Shown here: positions 9,915 through 18,183 of the stretch, in pieces
How positions within the stretch are numbered: position 1 is the stretch's first letter
Layout: the number at the start of each line of letters is the position of its first letter
From: a virus
Lineage: Duplodnaviria; Caudoviricetes
Strand: one strand, 5' to 3'
DNA length: 52,317 nucleotides
Virus record (IMG/VR): IMGVR_UViG_3300036828_000027
Span: 1-52,317 of that record
Translations under genes and position numbers: made by a program
The notes under the pieces: model-generated
Seen by the model: only the letters and a program-made list of their open reading frames with translations
Told to the model about the DNA's origin: nothing
The model's database searches: none

Positions 9915-10149
9915 CTTTGTACCCCAGTCTACCGCCAACAAGATGAGCAATATCAGCGATTTTGTAACGCCAACGCTCGCCAGTAGAAGTATACTTGCCA
10001 ACTTTGACAAGCATTAATCCACCAGGCATTACAACAATATCTGGAGGTGAATCTTTACGCCAAACTAGACCATTCAACTCTAGATCATGTATTGGGAATG
10101 TGCCTTGTGACATAGTTCCCTCAACTATGAGAGTGAACTTCTCTTCCAT
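9907..10149 (-). CDS. hypothetical early protein
   Basis: ATG follows a partial leader repeat, GTCTAGAAAGGACAGGAACA. Confidence 0.7.
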   Translation of the reverse strand: MEEKFTLIVEGTMSQGTFPIHDLELNGLVWRKDSPPDIVVMPGGLMLVKVGKYTSTGERWRYKIADIAHLVGGRLGYKDA

Positions 10150-10221
10150 TGTTCCTGTCCTTTCTAGACTACACCCATAATCGGGCAAAGCGCGGCCAGG
10201 AGTTACTGGCCGCAAATGCTT

Positions 10222-10392
10222 CTATAGTGAAGGTCTGTGTAGTTGATCGTTTATAACTGTAATTTCATCCAAGTCTAATTTCGTGATCTTGTGTTCTAAT
10301 TCCTTGACTCGTTTCTCTAGCTCCTTGAGTCTTTGTTCCGCTTTCTTCAACTTATCTGTTAGAGTTGGCGGTTTCCTTGGTGGTTTCTTCAT
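10222..10392 (-). CDS. small basic coiled-coil protein (56 aa)
   Basis: Manual translation MKKPPRKPPTLTDKLKKAEQRLKELEKRVKELEHK...; below the ORF-track cutoff. Confidence 0.6.
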   Translation of the reverse strand: MKKPPRKPPTLTDKLKKAEQRLKELEKRVKELEHKITKLDLDEITVINDQLHRPSL

Positions 10393-10404
10393 TCTTAATG
10401 CTTC

Positions 10405-10602
10405 CTATCTTAGTTGATCACTATGAGAAACGACCCAATCACATAGCTCTCTTATACTGAGAAAGCTAGGGGATATACTCAATTTACCTTTCTTGGCGGC
10501 ATATTGAGTAGTTCCACTCGCCAGGAACGATTGTATTCTACAATCATTCTCTCTCAATATTCGTTCTGCTAAGTCAATAGGGTTTACTTCATTACTATCC
10601 AT
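10405..10602 (-). CDS. hypothetical early protein
   Basis: ATG follows leader copy B. Confidence 0.7.
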   Translation of the reverse strand: MDSNEVNPIDLAERILRENDCRIQSFLASGTTQYAAKKGKLSISPSFLSIRELCDWVVSHSDQLR

Positions 10603-10645
10603 TGTTCCATTCCTTTCTAGACCCAGCAACAGTGCTGGCGGAATA
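10603..10645 (-). repeat. early-gene leader repeat, copy B
   Basis: TATTCCGCCAGCACTGTTGCTGGGTCTAGAAAGGAATGGAACA-ATG. Confidence 0.9.
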
Positions 10646-10688
10646 GGCTACCAGGTTGTTACTCCTGGCGCCCATTCCGTAAGAACTG

Positions 10689-11114
10689 CTACGTTACATT
10701 ATAGTCAAGTAACAATCGCATTAGCGACTTAGCCTGTTCAATAGGTAGCGTTGCATTGAATTGAATTTGAGCAGTATTGTTATTCAGTATCTTGAAGAAC
10801 AGAGGATCAGATTTGACTTGCATTGGTTTAGTCTTACTTGGACTATACTTGACAATTGCTGTTTTTGGATTACGAGGCAACGTTGTCGCTTCCTTTGGCA
10901 TCCACGCTTCTTCAGTAGTGCCAAAGACTTGGGATAGTTTCTTGCGATACTGTTCTGTTGGTACTCCAGTAGCCTTCAACCAAGGATATGCAGTGGTTCT
11001 ATTCCTTGGTATTCCTAGCAATTCATTCAAATCACTCATACCAATTTGGCGTTCGCTCATTTTACTTCGCAGTAATGAAGCAATATGAGCATTCTCTGGT
11101 TTTACTTTTGCCAT
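10689..11114 (-). CDS. XRE/Cro-like helix-turn-helix regulator
   Basis: LLRSKMSERQIGMSDLNELLGI...AYPWLKATGVPTEQYRKKLSQVFG. Confidence 0.7.
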   Translation of the reverse strand: MAKVKPENAHIASLLRSKMSERQIGMSDLNELLGIPRNRTTAYPWLKATGVPTEQYRKKLSQVFGTTEEAWMPKEATTLPRNPKTAIVKYSPSKTKPMQVKSDPLFFKILNNNTAQIQFNATLPIEQAKSLMRLLLDYNVT

Positions 11115-11115
11115 A

Positions 11116-11391
11116 TCAAGCTACCTTGCCTTTGACAAGTCTGAAGCGACTCACCACAGGAGTTTCACTCTTTTGTACAAGAGTATACCAAGCATCGCGA
11201 TAGGCAACAGTTATAGTTTTGAAACCATAACTATGTTGATCACCACGTTTACTTGTCCAGCACCAACCAGTCAGCATACGCAACTCACCTTTACCTCGAT
11301 GATCATTCCATCGTTTTGTTTCTGCTACGTTGATGTAGTAGATACGTGCAACTGCATCTACTTCAGCAACTATATTTGCAGGTAACCACAT
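11116..11391 (-). CDS. hypothetical early protein
   Basis: Follows leader copy C; start refined to MWLPAN. Confidence 0.65.
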   Translation of the reverse strand: MWLPANIVAEVDAVARIYYINVAETKRWNDHRGKGELRMLTGWCWTSKRGDQHSYGFKTITVAYRDAWYTLVQKSETPVVSRFRLVKGKVA

Positions 11392-11406
11392 TCCATTGCT
11401 CCTTTT

Positions 11407-11441
11407 ATTCCTTTCTAGACCCAGCACATCGCTGGCGGATA
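11407..11441 (-). repeat. early-gene leader repeat, copy C
   Basis: TATCCGCCAGCGATGTGCTGGGTCTAGAAAGGAAT. Confidence 0.9.
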
Positions 11442-11540
11442 GGCGGCCAGAAGTATACCTCCTGGCGCCCATCCGTCAACCTTGCCTCCAGACTAGCCAC
11501 AGTATTATTAAAGCAATTCCTAGTAGAGCGACCCAGTTTA

Positions 11541-11759
11541 TCACAGTTCATTCTCGTCAGCAATTGTATAAGCATCAGGGTGTATAGCGAAAGGTTCCAA
11601 ACCTTGAGACTCTCGGTTTAGATTGATGATGGTCATACAATTCTCGCACACTGGTTCTTTTTGGCCAGTAACGACTGTTGTTGACGGAACGTGTACTGGA
11701 TTAAAAGCAAACCGCTGATTACAGCAGATGCAGTAACCCATACAGAACACATAACCCAT
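11541..11759 (-). CDS. small Cys-rich (Zn-binding) protein
   Basis: CICC...PVCENC; AAGGGA RBS and its own promoter. Confidence 0.7.
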   Translation of the reverse strand: MGYVFCMGYCICCNQRFAFNPVHVPSTTVVTGQKEPVCENCMTIINLNRESQGLEPFAIHPDAYTIADENEL

Positions 11760-11782
11760 TTTCGTTTCCCTTCTATACCGAT

Positions 11783-11811
11783 AGTATAACGCGATTATCG
11801 GTCGCAGTCTA
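11783..11811 (-). promoter_or_regulatory. sigma70-type promoter
   Basis: TAGACT-N17-TATACT. Confidence 0.65.
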
Positions 11812-11867
11812 GTTTGGTTATTCAAACAGTATTATACTGATCCCGGAACATTGTGTTCGTGATGTGA

Positions 11868-12047
11868 TTACTCATCATCATCTATCGGCTCATCATGCTC
11901 ATAGTTCGGATCAGTAAATATTTCTGGGCGATACCTGGCTTTCTTTGTATTCTCGCACTCAGGGCAAGAATAATATACAAAGATACCACGAGCGTCGTAA
12001 TGTGGCTGTTTATACAAACCAGAGCCACAATTACATTTACGTTCCAT
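11868..12047 (-). CDS. small Zn-ribbon protein
   Basis: CNCGSG...YDARGI...CPEC; follows leader copy D. Confidence 0.75.
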   Translation of the reverse strand: MERKCNCGSGLYKQPHYDARGIFVYYSCPECENTKKARYRPEIFTDPNYEHDEPIDDDE

Positions 12048-12089
12048 TGTTCCATTCCTTTCTAAGTCCAGCACATCGCTGGCGGAATA
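12048..12089 (-). repeat. early-gene leader repeat, copy D
   Basis: TATTCCGCCAGCGATGTGCTGGACTTAGAAAGGAATGGAACA-ATG. Confidence 0.9.
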
Positions 12090-12134
12090 GGCGTATATAC
12101 GTTTATATATACGCCCATTCCGTTAGCCTTGCTG

Positions 12135-12410
12135 TTAGGCATCCTGTATATCAGTAGAGTTGGCCAGATAGTTAGCCACTCTTGTGGCAACATCACCGCG
12201 ATGTTCAACACCGCCATGGATAAGATACTCCACAGCATCGTCCTCATTTTCTTCCATGATGATGATGTAGTAAAGCTTGTTGTTCTTGTTAGGTGACAAA
12301 TCAAACGTCATCCTAGCAAGAGATATGGCATCATCCAGTGATCCGGTCCAGCCCCAATTATCTTGGTCCTCTGGCGGATAGTCACTGATGAATTCAGTGA
12401 TCCTGTACAT
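12135..12410 (-). CDS. acidic hypothetical early protein
   Basis: ATG follows a partial leader, TCTAGAAAGGATGGAACA. Confidence 0.7.
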   Translation of the reverse strand: MYRITEFISDYPPEDQDNWGWTGSLDDAISLARMTFDLSPNKNNKLYYIIIMEENEDDAVEYLIHGGVEHRGDVATRVANYLANSTDIQDA

Positions 12411-12546
12411 TGTTCCATCCTTTCTAGATCGTGCTTCCCTCTGCATTAGGGGCTGGGAACCCGGTATATACTTGCGTATATACGCTGCATTAAAGCACGG
12501 CACGCCAGAAGGTTATTGTTCTCCTGGCGCGCTATGCGTAGGCAAG

Positions 12547-13041
12547 TTAGACAGTAGCTGTAGTAGCAGTTGCCTCTGTGGAAACAGAGGCCACCTTAGC
12601 CTCACGTGCCTTCGCACGTTTGGCCTTCGCTTTCGCGGCAACTTCCTCTTCTGAGAGCCAACGAAAGTCAGTCACAGGCATCCGCTTGGTTGGCCGGTTC
12701 CAGTTGAGGTTAGTCTCAGGCTTATTCTGAGCCTGCTTCTCAACCAGTATCTTTTTGGCCAAGTTAGCCTCACGCCGCGTCTTGTGAGCGGAATGAAGGC
12801 TAATCGAATGGCCATCAGAACCATACTTGCGGATGGACTCCAAAATTGGCGAATTGTAGGCACCAAAATTGACATCCTTTGCGCAAGCGAGTAGGCCAGT
12901 CGCGAAAGCCTTGGGCGACACGCTCCTCACCGAAACAAACCTGCCGCCTGTCTTCAGGCAGCGAACGATGAGGATGCAGTAATCGAGGCCATCATCGAAA
13001 GCCTTGATAGCTGCGGTGTTCGTGTTGTCGAGGTTTTGCAT
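12547..13041 (-). CDS. first early gene; degenerate GIY-YIG-like fold with a Lys/Ala-rich tail
   Basis: YCILIVRCLKTGGRFVS...ILESIRKYG...EAN...NLN; GGAAGGTG RBS. Confidence 0.6.
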   Translation of the reverse strand: MQNLDNTNTAAIKAFDDGLDYCILIVRCLKTGGRFVSVRSVSPKAFATGLLACAKDVNFGAYNSPILESIRKYGSDGHSISLHSAHKTRREANLAKKILVEKQAQNKPETNLNWNRPTKRMPVTDFRWLSEEEVAAKAKAKRAKAREAKVASVSTEATATTATV

Positions 13042-13791
13042 TGTAAGTCACCTTCCTAGGTTTGGGTCTGCATTTTGGTTCTCTGGGCTTCCCACCAGCG
13101 CGTATATACGAATGCATATACGTGGCTGCATTAAACAGGCTGCGTAATCCCGCCGAATGGCTACGCGCAGCGCTGCCCCTAGAAAGGAACAACGGACATA
13201 TCCTCCCCGTTTGCTGTTTTGCCAGCGTATATACGATCGTATATACGCCAGGTATTCAGACTTGGGAGGATTAGACCTGATTAACTATATATCCTACTGA
13301 CGTAGACGCGTGCGCGTCCTGGGGCTGTAGCCGCGTATTCCCGCTCTAATGAGCTATGCGCGGCCGTGCGAGCCACTCCAGGGGCTTCGTCTATGCTTTC
13401 GTATATACCGCTTCAAAGAGAGCGGAAAATGGGACAAATCGGCCTGACGCGACCTAACTAGCTGGTCTGAGCTGGCGGGTAACTCCATTCTGTTGTCGTA
13501 ACAACATACTATTCCCGCGCCAGGCAACCTTGATGGTCGCCTGCCCTTATCGCTTCCCTGACTACCCCGGCGGAACCGCTAGAAAGCGGTCCCTATGGGC
13601 GCCTAGGCTCTAGCGCCTAGCCTAGTGGCCTCCCCTACGGGGAGGTGTCCTAGGCGACGCTAGGGACGCGCTAGACGTGGCCTAGATGGCCCGTCCGAGC
13701 GTCCGAGGTGTCCTTATTCTCCTGTCAAACAGCGCGGGGAAATTCGTTTCGGCTCCGATCGGGTTCCCCTCTAGACCACCGATCTAGGTCT

Positions 13792-13820
13792 AGTCTAGCC
13801 TATCCTGGCACGGAAGTAAA
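13792..13820 (-). promoter_or_regulatory. sigma70-type promoter (leftward)
   Basis: TTTACT-N17-TAGACT. Confidence 0.55.
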
Positions 13821-13867
13821 GCCCAGCCGGGAACCAACAGTCTTATTTTTTAGACGGCCCAGGCAAA

Positions 13868-13885
13868 GCTCCTGGCGCCAGGAGC
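13868..13885. repeat. perfect 18-bp palindrome made of two genome-wide motif half-sites
   Basis: GCTCCTGGCGCCAGGAGC. Confidence 0.95.
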
Positions 13886-14278
13886 GGATTAGACCTGCCC
13901 CTAGAATGGCCTAGGATGCATCCTAGGGTGGCCGCTAGTCCTGGACGCTCCTACCCTAGCGCCCAAAACCACGTTCGCGTTTGTTCCCTTCTTGTTCCCG
14001 CAACGTTCTCATCAATGATTTCAATGACTTACGGGGCATGAACGGTTAAAATCTGTTAATATGTTTCGTTGGTTACTGGTCGGTAGTTCTGGTTATGTTC
14101 TGGTCACCTAGCCAAAATGGATTTGATCGGAGCCTGGAAAGCAATCAAATACGATCGTATATACGAGCGTATATACGCTGATGATTGCTTGATATATACG
14201 TCAGTCAGTCCTGACAATTCAATAGATAGACGTATATACCAGAATTGTTCCGATTGCATATCTTCTTGAAATGCCAAC

Positions 14279-14307
14279 TAGACGCGGGCACGGATCTAGG
14301 CTAGGCT
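14279..14307 (+). promoter_or_regulatory. sigma70-type promoter (rightward)
   Basis: TAGACG-N17-TAGGCT upstream of ATG 14376. Confidence 0.55.
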
Positions 14308-14375
14308 AACGGTGAGATCGGAACTGCCAATACGATCTCATAACGTTCATTGAATCGGTGTATAAGGAACATAAG

Positions 14376-15317
14376 ATGTCACGAGCAAGTAAACGTGTGG
14401 GTAGGAGTAACCCAAAAGTGAGTGAACATAATGTGCAATCTGTGCCGTTCAATGCGCACCTTCCTCCTGGCTCCCCGGATGCCTCTGCGAAATCTGAACA
14501 TACTGCAGAGGGCACCAATGAAGACTATGCTGTCAAAATTGGTGACGAGGAACCCAAGGAGGGGGCAGAGTATCCAGAGTCCAAAGTAATGGATGAGGAA
14601 ACTCACAAAGCCCAAGAGGAAGCAGCGGCAGAGGCGCGAGTAAAGCGCGCACAGAGCGTGTCCAGCCCGCGTCGTCTGTCTGAACGGGAGAAGCAAACTG
14701 TCAATATCCTGCTTGGACTGACTATTGTAAAGGATGCTGATAGCGTTACTGATGTTGTTATTCCAATGGAGGATGTGCCTGAAGAGATCAGAGCATCGTT
14801 CAATGAAGTTGGAACAGAACGCAATATCTTTCAACGCAATATTGCTACTCCAGTATACGGTGGTGAGCCCAAGGCATTGATTGGGCTTAAGTTGACCGAA
14901 ATTGGCCTTCACCTTTACAGTGTAAAGACTGCAAAAGGTGATCCCAAGGTAAAAGGGCAAAAGGCAACTAAGCTCGATGGGGAGTCCAAGACTGTCGGGC
15001 GCAGATCCACCAAGTATCACGACGGATTGAAGCTCAAGAAGATTGCTGAGAACCCGCGTCCTGAAGGGACAATGGGATACTATTCTTGGCAACTATACCG
15101 TGATGGTATGACCTATCACGAGTATATGTCTATCAAGGATTTTGGTGAACATTACTCCTTGAGGACTGGTGAGAAGTTTCGTGGTCCTGGTCTTAACCAT
15201 TGGACATGGGACCTAGAACACGGTTTTACTGGTCTATACAAGGAAGGTGAGCCGGAAACCTTGGAAGATGGTAGCCCCAATCCTAACTATTGGTCTGTAA
15301 ATAATAATCCCAAGTAA
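14376..15317 (+). CDS. hypothetical protein with a disordered N-terminus and a putative DNA-binding C-terminal domain
   Basis: AAGGA RBS; ENPRPEGTMGY...YRDGMTYHEY...WDLEHGF. Confidence 0.7.
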   Translation: MSRASKRVGRSNPKVSEHNVQSVPFNAHLPPGSPDASAKSEHTAEGTNEDYAVKIGDEEPKEGAEYPESKVMDEETHKAQEEAAAEARVKRAQSVSSPRRLSEREKQTVNILLGLTIVKDADSVTDVVIPMEDVPEEIRASFNEVGTERNIFQRNIATPVYGGEPKALIGLKLTEIGLHLYSVKTAKGDPKVKGQKATKLDGESKTVGRRSTKYHDGLKLKKIAENPRPEGTMGYYSWQLYRDGMTYHEYMSIKDFGEHYSLRTGEKFRGPGLNHWTWDLEHGFTGLYKEGEPETLEDGSPNPNYWSVNNNPK

Positions 15318-15324
15318 TACTGAT

Positions 15325-15360
15325 ATACTCCTGGCGCTAGTTGTGAGGCGCCAGGAGTAT
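15325..15360. terminator. 13-bp-stem hairpin built from two motif copies (terminator or binding site)
   Basis: ATACTCCTGGCGC-N10-GCGCCAGGAGTAT just after the stop codon; weak U-tract. Confidence 0.5.
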
Positions 15361-15380
15361 TCTCATATCTGGAGAGGAAC

Positions 15381-15980
15381 ATGAGACCAGATAGGTTGTT
15401 TGGAAATCTGCCACCAAAACGACCATTGATAAGTCTAGATGCCATTGTTGAAGATTGGCAAATGAGATTCATTAATGGTGATGCCAAGAAGTATCGCGAT
15501 ACTGTAGTTGATTACTGTATGAAAGCTAGTTCATTTGAAGAGGCAGTGCAACGCGCCTGTAGTTGTAGAAACGAACTAGGCAAAAAGCACAATCACCAAT
15601 CTAAGGTTCAAGACCATGTATTAAATACCTGGTCAAGTGTAATCATATTGAAAACATATCCAGAGCATCTTCAGAATTTTGATGAACTATTCGATCATTT
15701 AGAGGAAGTGCGTATTCGTGGTATTGGCCCTGTAACTCATTATGATGTGGCTACAAGAATTGGAGCTTACCTCAAACTAGAACCAGAACAACTATACTTA
15801 CACGCTGGAGTATTGGACGGCTGGAAGCTATTGCAGAAGTATAATATCAAATGGCCAATTAGAGTTCCACGTTCCTCCTGGCCCGCAGAATTACGTTGTC
15901 TACCTGCAGACCAGGTTGAAGACTTACTGTGTGCCTATCGAACATTTCTTAATCCTACAATGGGAGAGTATCATGGTTGA
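15381..15980 (+). CDS. helix-hairpin-helix (DNA glycosylase-like fold) protein
   Basis: IRGIGPVTHYDVATRIG, LYLHAG, QVEDLLCAY. Confidence 0.55.
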   Translation: MRPDRLFGNLPPKRPLISLDAIVEDWQMRFINGDAKKYRDTVVDYCMKASSFEEAVQRACSCRNELGKKHNHQSKVQDHVLNTWSSVIILKTYPEHLQNFDELFDHLEEVRIRGIGPVTHYDVATRIGAYLKLEPEQLYLHAGVLDGWKLLQKYNIKWPIRVPRSSWPAELRCLPADQVEDLLCAYRTFLNPTMGEYHG

Positions 15981-17343
15981 TGTACCAACAACTGAACAGT
16001 TCAATTCTTTGGAGTCCAGAGTAACAACTCTAGAGAATGCCAATAATACTCCAATTAGTCCACCTGATAGTGGTGGCAATCCAAATCCAGGCACCGGCAC
16101 ACAAGCAAAACGTATCGTCGATCTGTTCAAATTTGGCGTCAATACATTTTCATCAATGGACACTAATAATGTATGGGGATCGTGGCCGGCAGACTACAGA
16201 CCTGATACAGTCATCGCAGCAATCAAGTTTATTGTACAGGATACTGGACATACGATATCAATACGCGAGTATCATTATGCTGGAAGAGAAAGTTGGCAGC
16301 AGCCCTGGCTCCAACAAATACATGCTCAGTTTCCTGAACAAGAAAACATCATGTGTGTTGGGGCCAATGGTTCCGTTAATGATGTAGCAAGTATGATTGC
16401 ATTACAGAAGGATGCAAGTACTGGTGTAAAGTATATTGAAGGTTTGAATGAACCAAATACCAACTTTGGAAGTGGAGAAGTGCCATACAATGTAACACAA
16501 GAAATTCAAGACGCAGTATTTAATGGCAATAAGGGATATTTACTTGGACCAAGCATAGTCGCAGGAACACCTCATCCAGAGGGATGGATTACTGGATACT
16601 GTGGAACACCAGAAAATCTAGCTGCGCTCAATAGTAAATTTGATATTGGCAACGGACATTACTATCCACCAGGGAGTCCAGATGTTGCCGACACAGGATA
16701 TAGTGTAGACAACTATATTGAAGGACTATGGATAGCATACGCCCATAAGCAAGCAGAGTTGACAGAGTTTCATCCTACATTGTATAATTCACAAGGCTTC
16801 AAACCCGGACAGGCAGATTGGAGCGATACACGAGATGCATACTATACTTTGACTACACTATTCCGTGTTGCTCAGAATGGAACTCGTTTCTTGTGGTGGT
16901 ATGCTCTGTTCGATTATGGCACTACATATCAATGTGGCCTATTCCCAACTAATCAAGACAATCCTCGTAGTGATGCTTATGGGTTGAGAGCATTGTGCAG
17001 TATCTGTTCGGATACTACTGGCGCCAGGAGAACATTTGATCCAGGTAAACTTGATTATGCTGTTTCACCCACTGATGACAATATCTCTCATGATCTCTAT
17101 CAGTCATCTGATGGTATATTCTATATTGCGTTGTGGCGTTCATCTGAACAACCTGGTGGTTCGGCAACTAATGTAGTTATTGATTTTGCTGACCCGCCAA
17201 AATTGGTGGAGGAATTCAACATCAGCGATATTGCTGCTAAGAAACAATTAACTGGATATCGACCTGTTCAATCAGTAGAGAACCAAACGCATTTTGTATC
17301 TATGCTTGATGCGTCGGCTCGTATTGTCAAAGTGACATATTAA
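15973..17343 (+). CDS. clan GH-A glycoside hydrolase-like protein
   Basis: YIEGLNEPN (acid/base), NGHYYP, LTEFH (nucleophile), WWYALFD; start refined to MVDVP after GGGAGAG. Confidence 0.7.
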   Translation: MVDVPTTEQFNSLESRVTTLENANNTPISPPDSGGNPNPGTGTQAKRIVDLFKFGVNTFSSMDTNNVWGSWPADYRPDTVIAAIKFIVQDTGHTISIREYHYAGRESWQQPWLQQIHAQFPEQENIMCVGANGSVNDVASMIALQKDASTGVKYIEGLNEPNTNFGSGEVPYNVTQEIQDAVFNGNKGYLLGPSIVAGTPHPEGWITGYCGTPENLAALNSKFDIGNGHYYPPGSPDVADTGYSVDNYIEGLWIAYAHKQAELTEFHPTLYNSQGFKPGQADWSDTRDAYYTLTTLFRVAQNGTRFLWWYALFDYGTTYQCGLFPTNQDNPRSDAYGLRALCSICSDTTGARRTFDPGKLDYAVSPTDDNISHDLYQSSDGIFYIALWRSSEQPGGSATNVVIDFADPPKLVEEFNISDIAAKKQLTGYRPVQSVENQTHFVSMLDASARIVKVTY

Positions 17344-17370
17344 CCTTGTGAAACTCAAAGGAGAGTAACC

Positions 17371-17562
17371 ATGGAACTAACGTCAAAGATGATTGAACAA
17401 CTGCTCAAATTAGTTTGCGATACTGTTAGTGCTAATGGCAACTGGCTAGACAAGAAACAAAAGATACTAGCAGAAGCTAGTGAAAGTGATGTTGTTTGGT
17501 TGGAAGAGTTTGTTGGATGGTTTTCTGAAGAAGAGCATTCCAAGGAGAACAATGATGAGTAA
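17371..17562 (+). CDS. hypothetical protein
   Basis: AAGGAG RBS. Confidence 0.65.
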   Translation: MELTSKMIEQLLKLVCDTVSANGNWLDKKQKILAEASESDVVWLEEFVGWFSEEEHSKENNDE

Positions 17563-17755
17563 TTATACTGTGGTTGTCAATGGAACGTTTAATGCTATTG
17601 TTGAAGTTTCTATTGATGATGACACTCCAGAAGATAATGTGGAGGAGATTGTATTTGGCCTTGCTGAGAAACAATTAAATGATATGGTTGCCAAGAAGGA
17701 TTACAGCCTACTGGACGATATTGAATTTGAATGTATCGATTACAATGAAGCCTAA
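17552..17755 (+). CDS. small acidic protein
   Basis: AAGGAG RBS before MMSNYTV; 3' part of ORF 17480..17755. Confidence 0.65.
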   Translation: MMSNYTVVVNGTFNAIVEVSIDDDTPEDNVEEIVFGLAEKQLNDMVAKKDYSLLDDIEFECIDYNEA

Positions 17756-18030
17756 ATATTGAATATGCGTTCGTGATGCCGGCGCCAGGAGTTAACTATT
17801 CTTTGCCCTTTGGGTGTGAGGACAGTTCCTCCTGGCGTCAAGTCATTAAATTCAATAGCAATTTCACGATAGAAGTTGAAACGTTTCTTTACATCTTCCC
17901 CAAATATTCTGTCTAAATTGTTATTGGACAGTATCTGATTGTTCTCATGCATCCATTCAATCGTGCACAATACCCACAAGTATATTGCGCGGTCAAGTGC
18001 TGTTATGTTTGGGCTCAGCGATCTTAACAT
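17752..18030 (-). CDS. hypothetical protein (lone minus-strand gene)
   Basis: ORF converging on the previous gene. Confidence 0.5.
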   Translation of the reverse strand: MLRSLSPNITALDRAIYLWVLCTIEWMHENNQILSNNNLDRIFGEDVKKRFNFYREIAIEFNDLTPGGTVLTPKGQRIVNSWRRHHERIFNI

Positions 18031-18045
18031 GATTAAGAATAGAGC

Positions 18046-18074
18046 TTTACGAGCTACCCGATCGGAGCTAGTAT
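18046..18074 (+). promoter_or_regulatory. sigma70-type promoter for the primase operon
   Basis: TTTACG-N17-TAGTAT. Confidence 0.55.
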
Positions 18075-18183
18075 TACCGGCTCGTTACTGGCAAAAAGAA
18101 ACGCTGCCTGATAGCGCAATACTTTCGCGAGTATTGAGATACTACCAGGCAGCGGACATCAATCCTGTTGGGGAGGAAATCCG

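Larger units (their letters stand above)
13042..14375. other. non-coding divergence/control region, GC-richer, with promoters, palindromes and a CTAG cluster
   Basis: Transcription switches strand here; no credible ORF. Confidence 0.75.

Noticed and set aside
10689-11114. Lysogeny module
   Set aside because: Only a lone HTH gene; I recognised no integrase, ParA/ParB or att site in an apparently complete genome.
9318-12074. Shared MLGLERNG N-terminal peptide as a protein signal
   Set aside because: It is a translation of the repeated leader. The AGAAAGGA RBS lies inside it and points to the downstream ATG.
9318-12430. Leader repeats as a CRISPR array
   Set aside because: The repeats are hundreds of bp apart, separated by whole genes, contain an RBS, and no cas genes are present.
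13579-13959. TAG stop-codon reassignment hiding a gene in the CTAG cluster
   Set aside because: Core genes are full length in the standard code and several end on TAG; the CTAGs fall in mixed frames.
13042-14375. tRNA or known ncRNA genes
   Set aside because: No cloverleaf with a T-loop and acceptor stem was recognised by eye; tRNAscan-SE or Infernal would be needed to exclude them formally.
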